DNA of 64,000 bases from an uncultured archaeon (GTDB taxonomy: Archaea; Asgardarchaeota; Lokiarchaeia; Sigyniarchaeales; SOKP01): positions 712,242 through 776,241 of the forward strand of contig CAZALK010000001.1 in the NCBI GenBank assembly GCA_964486045.1. Reading direction: 5' to 3'. Positions 50,736 through 60,558 of the stretch are shown here, one piece after another. Position numbers and translations under genes: made by a program. The first letter of the stretch is position 1; every line of letters begins with the position of its first letter. Below the pieces are notes generated by a model that made no database searches, was not told the origin of the DNA, and saw only the letters and a program-made list of their open reading frames with translations.

Positions 50736-52625
50736 ATGTCAATTAACCCATTTTCATTGAATGAAATAAAAAATCTTCGAGAAATTGTTGAGAAAAATGG
50801 TTGGAAAATCAATGGATCGATTGAAAATTATTTTCGGTATAGTATCAAAAGGGAGAAAATTCTCATTTTCACTATAAAATTTCCTATAACATTACCAATA
50901 AGGATTAATATACCATTTGAAGTTGTAAATTTCCGTGTTTCAATAGCTTTTCAATTATGGAATTTGAATCAGAATGCTTTCACTATTATACTTTATTTAA
51001 TGAAAGTTCTTCGAACTCTAGCAATTTCTCTAACTCTAGAACATAATTTTCCAATGAAAGGAAAAGAGTCGGTACTCATTGATTTATTAAATCTAATTAT
51101 GCCTGAGCTTATTATAGATGAACATGAGAATACTTGGTTAAATCGCATCAGGATTTCTCTCATGAATAAAAGTGAGCAATTAAAGGATTTATCTGAGCAA
51201 CAACATAGAAATCTAGTGGGATCTTTAATAAATCTTGGATTAGAACCTAGTTTTAGCTTACCTTGGGAATTAAAGAATGGAGTTCCTAAAATTCGAACAT
51301 CAGAAACATTATTTTTTTCAAATGATAAAGATTTTGATGAATTTTTTGTTTTAGAGAAAGGATTTTTTACATATTTCAAAGATCTCGAATATAAGAAATT
51401 TTATATCAGAAGCTCGTTTGACAGCTATTCTCCACATATTCTAGTTGAATTATTTAATGACCATCCTGACTTTAAATTAGAATTATTGGTAGAAAATTGG
51501 ATAAAATTTAGCAGAATAATATCAAATTCAATTATTGATGTAATTGAGAATGGAAAGATTAATCAACGCGAGCTTCTCAATTTCAGACCATCGAAAGAAT
51601 TAGTCTATCGAAGTAACAACTATGTTTTAGATCAAATTAATTTCCCATTTTCACCATTATGTTATGAGAGTTCAATAGCAAAAGAACTATTCCCCTTTCA
51701 TATTGACTTATTCAACAAACCCCCTACCAATTTTGAAGTAATTGAATCTATTAATCATTATACAGAAGCAGAAGAGCTTATTAAAAATTACCGTTTTGAG
51801 GAAGCAACTAAATTATTGAATGATTCACTAAAAATCTTTAACAAGAATCAACAAAAAAAGGTAGTAGTCTCAATTTTGTTAAAATTAAGAAAAATCGCTA
51901 CTCTATTAGACAATGAAGAGCTAGCAGTTAATTACTTACAGAGCGCTCTTAGCATTGCTAAATCTGGGGAAGTGCCAATTGATTATATAATTAAAATTCA
52001 CCAAAAATTAGGAATTAGTTATTTCAAAAATAAAAATTACGATAGAGCGTTGGATCATTTTAAAATAATAAAGAATTTTTTAGAAAAGGAGAAAATATCT
52101 CTTATTAAAGAAAGCTATTTAGGCATGGCCTATCTTTATACAGGATTAATTTATTTAGATCAAAATAAAATTGTTGAATCAAAAGCCAATTTTAAAGAAG
52201 TCCTTGAAATTGGAAAACGGTTCATTAAAGTAAAATTAAAATATTTCTTAACACGTGCTATCTATTTTAAAAATCAAGGAAATCTATCACAAGCCCAAAG
52301 ATTCTTAAAAGCGGGGTTAAATGTTAATGAGATTCGTTTTAATAATAACTCTCACCAAAATGTTTTGATTGATTTTATACTGGAGTTAGCCGAGTTCTAT
52401 ATTCATCATCGAAGAGATTCTAGAAAAGCTCTTTACTTTTTGAATAGTTTAGAGAACCACCTCTCTCCTAATGAAATTAATACTATAAAGAGAGCTATTA
52501 GATGGAATTTGCTGATGAGTGATTATTATAATGGTCTAGAAAAAAATCGTCAAAAATCACAATTCTATGTAAAAGAAAGCCAAAAACTAAAAAGTCAACT
52601 TCACACAATTGGGGTAAATAATTAA
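50736..52625 (+). CDS. Protein with C-terminal TPR repeats
   Basis: LGISYFKNKNYDRALDHF, AYLYTGLIYLDQNKIVESKANF. Confidence 0.75.
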   Translation: MSINPFSLNEIKNLREIVEKNGWKINGSIENYFRYSIKREKILIFTIKFPITLPIRINIPFEVVNFRVSIAFQLWNLNQNAFTIILYLMKVLRTLAISLTLEHNFPMKGKESVLIDLLNLIMPELIIDEHENTWLNRIRISLMNKSEQLKDLSEQQHRNLVGSLINLGLEPSFSLPWELKNGVPKIRTSETLFFSNDKDFDEFFVLEKGFFTYFKDLEYKKFYIRSSFDSYSPHILVELFNDHPDFKLELLVENWIKFSRIISNSIIDVIENGKINQRELLNFRPSKELVYRSNNYVLDQINFPFSPLCYESSIAKELFPFHIDLFNKPPTNFEVIESINHYTEAEELIKNYRFEEATKLLNDSLKIFNKNQQKKVVVSILLKLRKIATLLDNEELAVNYLQSALSIAKSGEVPIDYIIKIHQKLGISYFKNKNYDRALDHFKIIKNFLEKEKISLIKESYLGMAYLYTGLIYLDQNKIVESKANFKEVLEIGKRFIKVKLKYFLTRAIYFKNQGNLSQAQRFLKAGLNVNEIRFNNNSHQNVLIDFILELAEFYIHHRRDSRKALYFLNSLENHLSPNEINTIKRAIRWNLLMSDYYNGLEKNRQKSQFYVKESQKLKSQLHTIGVNN

Positions 52626-52640
52626 AAATTTGAAAGAGTT

Positions 52641-52844
52641 TTACCTTTTAAATCGAGATCTCTTTGCTCCAAGACTGTCCTGTTGACCACCAAATCGTTC
52701 ATTAATAAATCGAGCTTTATACAACTCTCTGAATCGTATTCTTGGAGGCTTTTTCTTACGAGAATTTACACCACTTCTTGCAATTCGTGGAGTTTGTTGT
52801 TTAACTTTTCCTGCTTTAGTTAACGAACCATGAGAACCAGGCAT
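52641..52844 (-). CDS. rps30e: Ribosomal protein S30e (eS30)
   Basis: SHGSLTKAGKVKQQTP signature. Confidence 0.93.
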   Translation of the reverse strand: MPGSHGSLTKAGKVKQQTPRIARSGVNSRKKKPPRIRFRELYKARFINERFGGQQDSLGAKRSRFKR

Positions 52845-53008
52845 TTTTTTCTTATCAACTCAATATTATATTTATACTAAGAATATTAAATAATTTCAAA
52901 TTCTTAAATTTTGGCATCTAAAACTTTCCTTAAAGATTGGACCCCATTTTTTTATTAAGTTTATTCATAATTTCTTTAATTAAATTTAATCTTACCCTAT
53001 TTTCTATT

Positions 53009-53158
53009 ATGTCTGATAAAGGATTTGATAAAAAAAAAGTTGAAAAAGACGAGGAAAAAATATTATATAGCACTAGCAAGATAATCTGCTTTGCGTGCGG
53101 AGAACAAATTAAAAAAAAAACAAAAGTCTGTCCTTATTGTAAAACAGCTATATCGTAA
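53009..53158 (+). CDS. Small zinc-ribbon protein
   Basis: MSDKG...ICFACGE...VCPYCK. ATG 53009 is preferred. Confidence 0.65.
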   Translation: MSDKGFDKKKVEKDEEKILYSTSKIICFACGEQIKKKTKVCPYCKTAIS

Positions 53159-53235
53159 TAATTTCATTCATATATCTTAAACTTAAAGAAATATTATAAT
53201 TTATACAGAATAAATTATTCAAAAAATGCAATTAT

Positions 53236-53733
53236 ATGATTTCTAGTAATCGAAGCTCACAGAAAAAAAGCTTGTTGCGTGTATGGGTTTATTTGTTTAT
53301 ATTAATCACATCCTTATCTTTTATTTTATCTCTGATAGTAAATCCCTTCTGGTGGATCTTACTTCCTTTGTCATTTTTCTTATTTATCATAATCCAACTC
53401 ATGTCTCGGTATTTTTGGTTAGAGGAAAAAATTTGCCCTCGCTGTAATAATCCTGTAGGTAAATATAGTGAATTCTGTAGAAATTGTGGATTCAAACTTT
53501 TTTACAGGTGTATATCATGTGGAAAATATATGCGAGCTGATGCTCAATTTTGCGATAATTGCAACATTAAGCTTGAACACACCGAGGAAGAGAAAAAGAC
53601 AATTGAATATCCCATAGTAGAAAAAGGTTCTCCACCTCCTGAAATGCCTAATTTTTGCGAAACTTGCGGTACTGAAGTAAAACACACAGGCGTTATTAGA
53701 TTTTGTGAAGAATGTGGAGCAAAACTAAAATAA
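53236..53733 (+). CDS. Membrane protein with multiple zinc ribbons
   Basis: Two TMs followed by six CxxC motifs. Confidence 0.8.
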   Translation: MISSNRSSQKKSLLRVWVYLFILITSLSFILSLIVNPFWWILLPLSFFLFIIIQLMSRYFWLEEKICPRCNNPVGKYSEFCRNCGFKLFYRCISCGKYMRADAQFCDNCNIKLEHTEEEKKTIEYPIVEKGSPPPEMPNFCETCGTEVKHTGVIRFCEECGAKLK

Positions 53734-53907
53734 AATTTTAAAGGATTATCCCCTCTTCGAATCTTTAATAGCAGAGATTTTTAAACGTTAAAGCTAAAAA
53801 TTGTGAGTTTAAGCAAAATTTCTAAATAGTTCTTCATAATTTATATTTTCTCAAACCAATCAATAAAACCTTAAAGAATAGAAATTTTTTTATCTTAAAC
53901 AAGAAAA

Positions 53908-54543
53908 ATGGTGAGAAGATCAATTTCAGAAAAGAGAAAGGAAATTTTTAACAAAAGTGAAGGTCGACGAAAATCAATTTACCTTTCTAAACCAAGAGTT
54001 CCCCCCTTAGAAGAATCAAAGTGGGATGATGATGCTCGAAATTTGATAGAAGGGTGGCGAAAATTGAATAATAGAAAAGAAGTAATAAACATTTTGGCCA
54101 CAATGGCGAATTATTCGAAGTTATATAATCGATGGCGTGTTTTCGGGAATCATGTTTTGTATAAGTCCTCACTTCCTATTAGAGAAAAAGAAATCCTTAT
54201 TCTCCGTACAGGATGGCTCTGTAATTCGAAGTATGAATGGGGACAACATAGCCTTATAGGAAAACGTTTTGGCCTAAGCGAGGAGGAGATATTACGGATT
54301 AAGGAAGGTCCAAATGCTAAAGGTTGGAGCGATTTCGAATCTATATTGCTACGCGCGGCGGATGAATTATATGTTGACTCATTTATAAGCGATTCTACAT
54401 GGGAAGAGCTTGCTAAAACTTATAATACTCAACAATTGTTAGATGTAGTTTTTACTGTTGGACAATACAATTTAACAGCAATGGTCCTAAACTCTCTCGG
54501 CATTCAACTTGAAAAAGGTATGGAAGATTTTCCAGAATTTTAA
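53908..54543 (+). CDS. Carboxymuconolactone decarboxylase/AhpD-like protein
   Basis: LP.REKEILILRTG..C.S.YEWGQH, AADEL, VGQY. Confidence 0.85.
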   Translation: MVRRSISEKRKEIFNKSEGRRKSIYLSKPRVPPLEESKWDDDARNLIEGWRKLNNRKEVINILATMANYSKLYNRWRVFGNHVLYKSSLPIREKEILILRTGWLCNSKYEWGQHSLIGKRFGLSEEEILRIKEGPNAKGWSDFESILLRAADELYVDSFISDSTWEELAKTYNTQQLLDVVFTVGQYNLTAMVLNSLGIQLEKGMEDFPEF

Positions 54544-54760
54544 ATATGGATCTTACTTTGCTGATTTTAAAATTAATGGTAAGGATAAAAAAATTCGCCA
54601 ACATATAGAGTATTTGGAATATTTAGCTCGTTCCTATGGATTTAGATTAGAAGAGTACAAAAGAAGGAAAGGTTTTTTATTGAGATTTTTTGGTGATACA
54701 CAAGAGATTATTGATGAATTTGTATCGCTGTGTTGCAATACTGATTATATTGTCTGGTAA
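54509..54760 (+). CDS. Small hypothetical protein (start uncertain)
   Basis: Protein-like open frame overlapping the end of the upstream gene. Confidence 0.45.
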   Translation: MKKVWKIFQNFKYGSYFADFKINGKDKKIRQHIEYLEYLARSYGFRLEEYKRRKGFLLRFFGDTQEIIDEFVSLCCNTDYIVW

Positions 54761-54882
54761 TAGGGTATATTTTTCTATGTTCTAGATATATAATTTATGT
54801 TAGATTAATATATTTTACAGATCTACTAATTATTTTAAGCATGAAAGTATTTATTCTTGGAATAATTTTATTACTTACCTAA

Positions 54883-55047
54883 GGGGACTTGGTGTAGTTT
54901 TCTAAGCAAATCGCTTAGTAAACATAACCCGGTGGCACAGCAGGCTCCAGATCCTACAAGCAAAAGCTGTTCCGTGGACACCTGTCGGTCGGGGGTTCAA
55001 TGTGGGATGCTAAAATCGCATTCTACGGATACATCCCTCAGTCCCCA
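54883..55047 (+). tRNA. trnW: tRNA-Trp(CCA) with three introns (54898-54927, 54951-54979, 55001-55032)
   Basis: The spliced 74-mer GGGGACT TG GTGT AGCCCGGTG GCAC A GCAGG CTCCAGA CCTGT CGGTC GGGGG TTCAAAT CCCTC AGTCCCC A folds as a full cloverleaf. Each insert has BHB/BHL geometry. CCA is not encoded. Confidence 0.92.
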
Positions 55048-55064
55048 TTCTTTTTTCTTTTTCT
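55048..55064 (+). terminator. Oligo-T terminator after tRNA-Trp
   Basis: ttcttttttctttttct immediately follows the discriminator base. Confidence 0.55.
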
Positions 55065-55315
55065 AAATGTAAATTCATCAATAGTTCAGTACTAATTAAT
55101 CTTAAGTAATATAGAAAATCATACGGTCTAGGATAATAATATGGTTAAACGAGAGAAATTCGTTTAGAAATTAATTTGTTGAGAGAAAAAACTAACCATT
55201 TTACTTTTTAAATGTAATTAAATTAGAGTATTTTTTTATGAAATTTAACAAGTGAGTTAATCTTTTTGAATTTTCTCCTTTAATTTGAAGAATTAATATA
55301 ATTAGGTGAAAGCAA

Positions 55316-55525
55316 ATTAAAATTGGATGGAAATTATATAAGGGTACGTACCCCTTCGTATGTGATCGTTGTGGATTTTTTCAATATGAAAATAGGTCTA
55401 TTTGTGAGGGATGTGGAAGTAGTAAAACAATAAGGAAAATAACTAAAAAAGATTGGAAAAAACACCAATTACATAAGCACGCGAAATCAATAAAGCCACA
55501 TCCGTTGGAAGAAATACCTTATTAA
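55316..55525 (+). CDS. Small Zn-ribbon protein with probable non-ATG start (missed by the ORF track)
   Basis: IKIGWKLYKGTYPFVCDRCGFFQYENRSICEGCGSSKTIRK...; AGGTGA lies 6 nt before the ATT, and an in-frame TGA lies immediately upstream. Confidence 0.6.
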   Translation: MKIGWKLYKGTYPFVCDRCGFFQYENRSICEGCGSSKTIRKITKKDWKKHQLHKHAKSIKPHPLEEIPY

Positions 55526-55670
55526 TTTTCTAATTTTTTTCCTAAATATTAAAACAGCCTAATTAGACTCCTCAGTCTTCAGCAAAAATTTTAAAACTAA
55601 TTTAGAAACATAATAAACATTAAAATTTGTAATTACCTTTCATAATCAATATAGAATAAAGTGTTAGACT

Positions 55671-56597
55671 ATGTCAGAATTGTTTGATGAGATTGAGGAA
55701 GTATATATTGAAACGAATGGAATAAAGCTTCATACTGTGTTAATTGGATCTGGGAAACCATTAATTTTATTGCATGGTTTTCCTGATTTTTGGTATGGTT
55801 GGAAAAATATAATGCTTGGGTTGAAGGACCAGTATAGATTAATTGTTCCAGATATGCGTGGTTATAACCTTTCCGATAAACCTGAAGGGAGAGAAAATTA
55901 TACTCTTGAGCTTCTAATTAATGATATTAAAGGATTAGGCGAATCATTAAACTTGGGAAAATTCTACCTTGCAGGGCATGATTGGGGTGGTCCTATTGCC
56001 TGGGCGTTTGCTGGAATGTTTCCAGAATTATTAGAAAAGCTGATATTAATAAATGGTCCCCACCCTTTAATAATAAGAGACCTCATCGCAAAAGATGATG
56101 ATCAAAGAAAGGCTAGTTCTTACATTTTCGAATTTCTAAAACCTGACAGTGCTAATAACCTCATGGATAACGATTTTCAAATTTTGAAGGCAGTTTTGAA
56201 TATGGATTTTCAAAATTTAGCGGGTCTTCTTAGAGGGTCAGGTATAGATGATATTTCTGAAATGCCAAAAAGAGAAAAAACATTAAGCAAGTTTGATGAG
56301 GAAAAATATGTGGAAGCTTGGTCTCAACCAGGTGCGATTAACGCTGGATTGGATTATTATCGAGCCTCAGTTACTGAACAATTAATAGGTAATGTGTGGA
56401 GCGGAGAAATTAATGTTCCAACACTAGTCATTCACGGGATGAAAGATGTTGCTCTAACTCCAAAAATTTTAAACGGTTTAGATGACTATGTAAAGGATCT
56501 GAAAATTGTGAAGATTGAAAACGCCTCTCATTGGGTTATGGTTGATGCTCCTGATATCGTCAATTCTAGTATAAAAAATTTCATTAAAAATGGTTAG
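55671..56597 (+). CDS. Alpha/beta hydrolase, epoxide-hydrolase type
   Basis: LLHGFP, PDMRGYN, GHDWGG, YYRA, ASHWV. Confidence 0.9.
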   Translation: MSELFDEIEEVYIETNGIKLHTVLIGSGKPLILLHGFPDFWYGWKNIMLGLKDQYRLIVPDMRGYNLSDKPEGRENYTLELLINDIKGLGESLNLGKFYLAGHDWGGPIAWAFAGMFPELLEKLILINGPHPLIIRDLIAKDDDQRKASSYIFEFLKPDSANNLMDNDFQILKAVLNMDFQNLAGLLRGSGIDDISEMPKREKTLSKFDEEKYVEAWSQPGAINAGLDYYRASVTEQLIGNVWSGEINVPTLVIHGMKDVALTPKILNGLDDYVKDLKIVKIENASHWVMVDAPDIVNSSIKNFIKNG

Positions 56598-56615
56598 GTT
56601 AAAAAAAGTATTTCA

Positions 56616-58550
56616 TTAGAGGTTTTCCAATCTTTCTTGTTCCTTTTTTTTCCTGCTTTCTATTTTTTTCTTTTGTTTATCAAGTTTCTTTCGTTTTTTT
56701 GCTTCTTGTTTTGCTTCTTTTTCTTTTAACTTTCTTTCTTGCTTCAACCTTTTAAGTTCCAATTTTTCTTTTTCAATGGCTTCTATTTCTGCTTTTTCTC
56801 TTTCTACTCGTTCCCTTTCTAATCTGATCTCTTCTCTTCTTTCTTTCTCAATTTTTTCTAATCTAGCTTTTTCTGCGTGTTCTTGCCTTAATCTTTCTCT
56901 TTCTATTCTTTCCATTTCTAAACGAACTTTTTCCTTTTTTGCCTTTTCTCGTTTTTCCCTTTCTATTCTCTCTATTTCTTCTCTCTTTCTCCTTTCTTTC
57001 TCCAAACGAATGCTTTCTAATCTTTCTCTTTCTTTCATCTCTTTTTCTTCGATTTCAAAGCGCCATGAATCAATTTTTTGACTTAATTCTTGTTTTTCTT
57101 TTAATGACAATCCAAGACTAGGTTCTTTTTTCATGTAGATGTTTGCATATTTACTCATTTCCCATATTTTTGTCTGATGGGTAGTGGTTGCACTAACTCC
57201 TATCTGTCTCATACTCTCCCTAGCGATTTCAAAAGCTTGTCCAATAGACCGCATCTCAAAGTTCTCTTCAATAACCTTTTTTAAATACTGTAGAATTTGT
57301 TTAATATCAGCTACGGGCGGATTGGGTAATGGTTTAAATCCAACTTTTTCAGATTTTAATGTTTCAAGCTCAAACTTTTCTTGTTTATATTCAGGGGTTA
57401 TCATAACGTTGACATCAGGACTTTGAATATCATTTTTTTTAAGATAAGTGTGGTGCTGTATTATTTCGGGTGGAACCATGGGTTCTTTTTTTGCTTTTCT
57501 CTTAAATTGTATTGGCCAGCTTGCAAATGCGTAAAGTCTATCTTCTGCAGAAGCAAAAATTGAATGTTTGGATGACTTTCTTCTTGTTAATTCTTTTTGT
57601 GGGGGAGATATATGGGAGATACCGGAACTTATCATGGTTGATGCATTTTCTAGGATTGAGAATAAATACATAGGATCAAACTCCAAATTAGAATAAATAC
57701 TTTTCAAAGAATTAATCTTATTTTCAATAATTGTAAGATTTTCTGGAGATAATGTTTCATCTAGCTGTTGATCAGCTGCAAAAACAATTCCGTTTAATCC
57801 TGCTACTGAATCTAAGTACAAAAGATCTGCTTTTTCTTTCATTTTATCAGAAACTAAAATCTGATTGTAAAAATTCCAATGAGTACTCAATAGCATATGA
57901 CCATCTTTAGCAATTTGATAGGAATCACCATTACGGATTGTTTCCATCATCTCTAAAAATATATCCTTATGTGGTATGAATATATTTCTCATTAAAGCAC
58001 CCTTTATGAAAGTTTTATGGCTCTCTGATTTATGTGATAAATCAACTGGAACTTTAATCACTTTTTCTGCGATGATAACATCTTGATCATCTTCTAAAGT
58101 TACATTTGCAGATGTAGCCATATTGTCATAAGCGAAGTCAGAAAGTATTAATCCCGTTAAAATTCTATTGTCTGTTATATACTTACCAGATTCTAATTCA
58201 AATTTTAAAAAATAATACCCTAAACCAAAAAGATTATGGAGTGTTCCTCTTTCAATCTCAATGGAATAGTCGTAACCGGCAAAGAAGATAACTGTATCTG
58301 AAATTATTTTTGAGACCTGATGATGAGCATATTTTCCTAATGTAGGATAACCTAACAAGGCGCCCCAACTGGGTATCATAAAAAGCGATTTACTGGGATA
58401 TAATTTGTTCTCCATTTTCAGTTTTTCAATTCTTTCTTTTTCAAGTTGTTCTTTTTCGAGGCGCTCTTTCTCTAACCTTTCCTTTTCCAATTTTTCCTTT
58501 TCAAGTCTTTCTTTTTCCGATTGTTCTTCATCCATTTTCTCTATTTCCAT
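56616..58550 (-). CDS. Hypothetical protein with E/K/R-rich single-helix termini
   Basis: Globular core flanked by (KERLE)n and other charged tracts. Confidence 0.75.
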   Translation of the reverse strand: MEIEKMDEEQSEKERLEKEKLEKERLEKERLEKEQLEKERIEKLKMENKLYPSKSLFMIPSWGALLGYPTLGKYAHHQVSKIISDTVIFFAGYDYSIEIERGTLHNLFGLGYYFLKFELESGKYITDNRILTGLILSDFAYDNMATSANVTLEDDQDVIIAEKVIKVPVDLSHKSESHKTFIKGALMRNIFIPHKDIFLEMMETIRNGDSYQIAKDGHMLLSTHWNFYNQILVSDKMKEKADLLYLDSVAGLNGIVFAADQQLDETLSPENLTIIENKINSLKSIYSNLEFDPMYLFSILENASTMISSGISHISPPQKELTRRKSSKHSIFASAEDRLYAFASWPIQFKRKAKKEPMVPPEIIQHHTYLKKNDIQSPDVNVMITPEYKQEKFELETLKSEKVGFKPLPNPPVADIKQILQYLKKVIEENFEMRSIGQAFEIARESMRQIGVSATTTHQTKIWEMSKYANIYMKKEPSLGLSLKEKQELSQKIDSWRFEIEEKEMKERERLESIRLEKERRKREEIERIEREKREKAKKEKVRLEMERIERERLRQEHAEKARLEKIEKERREEIRLERERVEREKAEIEAIEKEKLELKRLKQERKLKEKEAKQEAKKRKKLDKQKKKIESRKKKEQERLENL

Positions 58551-58778
58551 GATATCAGCTCGAAATATGTTTGAAAAATTAAAAAAAATGATTTCTAATA
58601 TTATTATTATAATTACTATCTAATAATTTATGATTTTCTCATCCTATTCTAATTTCATGTTATATTTGAAAGGAATTTTATTAAATCGATTTGATATTGA
58701 ATTGCTTTATATAATAAAATTAATATGAAAAACTAACAATTATTTTATTTAGAAGTAATGAAATTTAAGGTTTAAATT

Positions 58779-59156
58779 TTGTATCGAATCGAAAAAATTG
58801 GGGAACATCATTTTTATATAAAAGTCTTAGGCTTATTTCCCCCATCAGTGGCAAAACGTTGTATAAAGGAGTTTAAAAAGAAGACAAAGAAATTAGAAGA
58901 GTTCTCTGCAATTATTGATGGTTTAGATTTTATATTTCTTAATCTCGATTCATTTAAAATTGTTTTAGACTACCTCAAAGAAAATGAGGAGAGATTAAAT
59001 AAATCTTCCTGGGTTATTTCAAAAAATCCCACATTAGATAAAGAAATCGAAATTCTTTTAGAGAGAGCTGAATCTCCTAAACGGAAAATTGTGCAAACGC
59101 TTGAAGAGGCAAAGGAATGGATTGGAGTTAGTGATATAAAAATAATGCGGGATTAA
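58779..59156 (+). CDS. SpoIIAA/STAS-SEC14-like small protein
   Basis: ~125 aa ending IVQTLEEAKEWI. Confidence 0.55.
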   Translation: MYRIEKIGEHHFYIKVLGLFPPSVAKRCIKEFKKKTKKLEEFSAIIDGLDFIFLNLDSFKIVLDYLKENEERLNKSSWVISKNPTLDKEIEILLERAESPKRKIVQTLEEAKEWIGVSDIKIMRD

Positions 59157-59179
59157 CGCTAATTATTAATAAATAAGAT

Positions 59180-59980
59180 TTAATCTAAATTTAAACGTTT
59201 TTTACATAAATCAATCGCTGTTGGATTATTATCTACACCGATCCAATTTCTTTTAAATTTTTCTGCCATAGCTAAAGTTGTACCAGTTCCACAAAAAAAG
59301 TCAGCAATAAGGTCTCCTTCATTAGAAGATGATAAAATTATTCGTTTAAGCAGCTTTTCTGGCTTTTGGGTTGGATACCCTAAATATTTCTTTGATCTAG
59401 TTCTAGTTTGATAGGAATATATATCATTCCAAACATCTCCTATCGTATTTCCTGGTTTTTCATCTAAGTATTGTTTACCGCCACGCCTTTTTCTATAAAG
59501 TCGTCCATCCTCGTCTTTATATCGAAACATTTTTTTAATATATTCTTCCCTGTAAGGGATATATTGTTTATTAAAGGTGTATTTACTAGATTTAGTGTAA
59601 TATAAGATTGTGTCATGCTGACGTACCCAACCTTTAACTTGACTTTTAAATCCCGAAACACTTCCCACATTCCATATTATCTCTCTTCTAAAAAGTTTTT
59701 TTCCAAAGATACTATCACATAAGAGTTTGAGATCAAATACAGCATTCGCATCGCAATGACAGTAGAAACTGCCAGAAGTCTTTAAAACTCTATGTATTTC
59801 TTTTACCCTTTCTTCCATAAACATTAAATAACCATCAAAAGAGTCCCATATATCATCGAATTCCTTATAATTAACACCCGTGTAGAAGGGAGGATCAATA
59901 TATATTAGGTCAATATACTCAGAATCGAGTTTTCTCAAGAACTCTAAATTTTCTACTAAATAAACCGTATTCAATTTCAT
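59180..59980 (-). CDS. DNA methyltransferase (N4-C/N6-A, beta class), apparently orphan
   Basis: IDLIYIDPPF, YPTQKPEKLL, DFFCGTGT. The ATG at 59980 is preferred. Confidence 0.9.
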   Translation of the reverse strand: MKLNTVYLVENLEFLRKLDSEYIDLIYIDPPFYTGVNYKEFDDIWDSFDGYLMFMEERVKEIHRVLKTSGSFYCHCDANAVFDLKLLCDSIFGKKLFRREIIWNVGSVSGFKSQVKGWVRQHDTILYYTKSSKYTFNKQYIPYREEYIKKMFRYKDEDGRLYRKRRGGKQYLDEKPGNTIGDVWNDIYSYQTRTRSKKYLGYPTQKPEKLLKRIILSSSNEGDLIADFFCGTGTTLAMAEKFKRNWIGVDNNPTAIDLCKKRLNLD

Positions 59981-60018
59981 TAAGTAATTAAATAGAACTA
60001 ATGATTTATACAATTATT

Positions 60019-60402
60019 ATGAGTAAGGAACGATTAAATAAGAATTTCTTGGATGAATTTAAGGAATATGATTTTTCAAAAATTCAAGAGAATAAAATTT
60101 TTCTGGTAGGATCAATCCGCTTTAAGGACTATTTTATCAAAATTGAATCGATTTTACAGATTTTATTTAAAAAAATTGTATATATTTGTTCGGTTGATGG
60201 ATTATTAAACAAGCAAAAGTTTTCTCCAAAAGAATGGGAAGGTTTGCAAGAAATTGCTTTGAAAAAATTGGAAGATCAAGATGCTCTATTAGTGTTGGAC
60301 GTAAATAATTATATTGGTGAGCATTCTAAAGAAGAAATCGAATTGTTTAGGACGAAATATAAAAAACCAGTATATTACCTAACAGAATTAAGGAGGAATT
60401 AA
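60019..60402 (+). CDS. Nucleoside 2-deoxyribosyltransferase-like small protein
   Basis: IFLVGSIRF, DALLVLDVNNYIGEHSKEEIE, KPVYY. Confidence 0.55.
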   Translation: MSKERLNKNFLDEFKEYDFSKIQENKIFLVGSIRFKDYFIKIESILQILFKKIVYICSVDGLLNKQKFSPKEWEGLQEIALKKLEDQDALLVLDVNNYIGEHSKEEIELFRTKYKKPVYYLTELRRN

Positions 60403-60558
60403 CAAACCTTCTATCGCTTTGTAAAGAATTATTTCTCAAACACTCAAAAATGGGTAGAAAATCATTAATTTTGTAATCTCATTTTTTTTTTAAGAAAAAA
60501 CTACTATTTAGATATAAGCTAATAATAGGAAAAAAAAATATAAAGGTTTAAACGCAAA

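Noticed and set aside
54883-55047. tRNA-Sec or another long structured RNA
   Set aside because: After intron removal it is a standard 7/5 cloverleaf with a CCA anticodon and a short variable loop.
56616-57060. Low-complexity pyrimidine-rich tract as a non-coding repeat
   Set aside because: It is the antisense of the E/K/R-rich coding tail of 56616-58550.
59180-60402. Complete restriction-modification system
   Set aside because: No adjacent ORF has a recognisable endonuclease motif, so the methyltransferase is treated as orphan.
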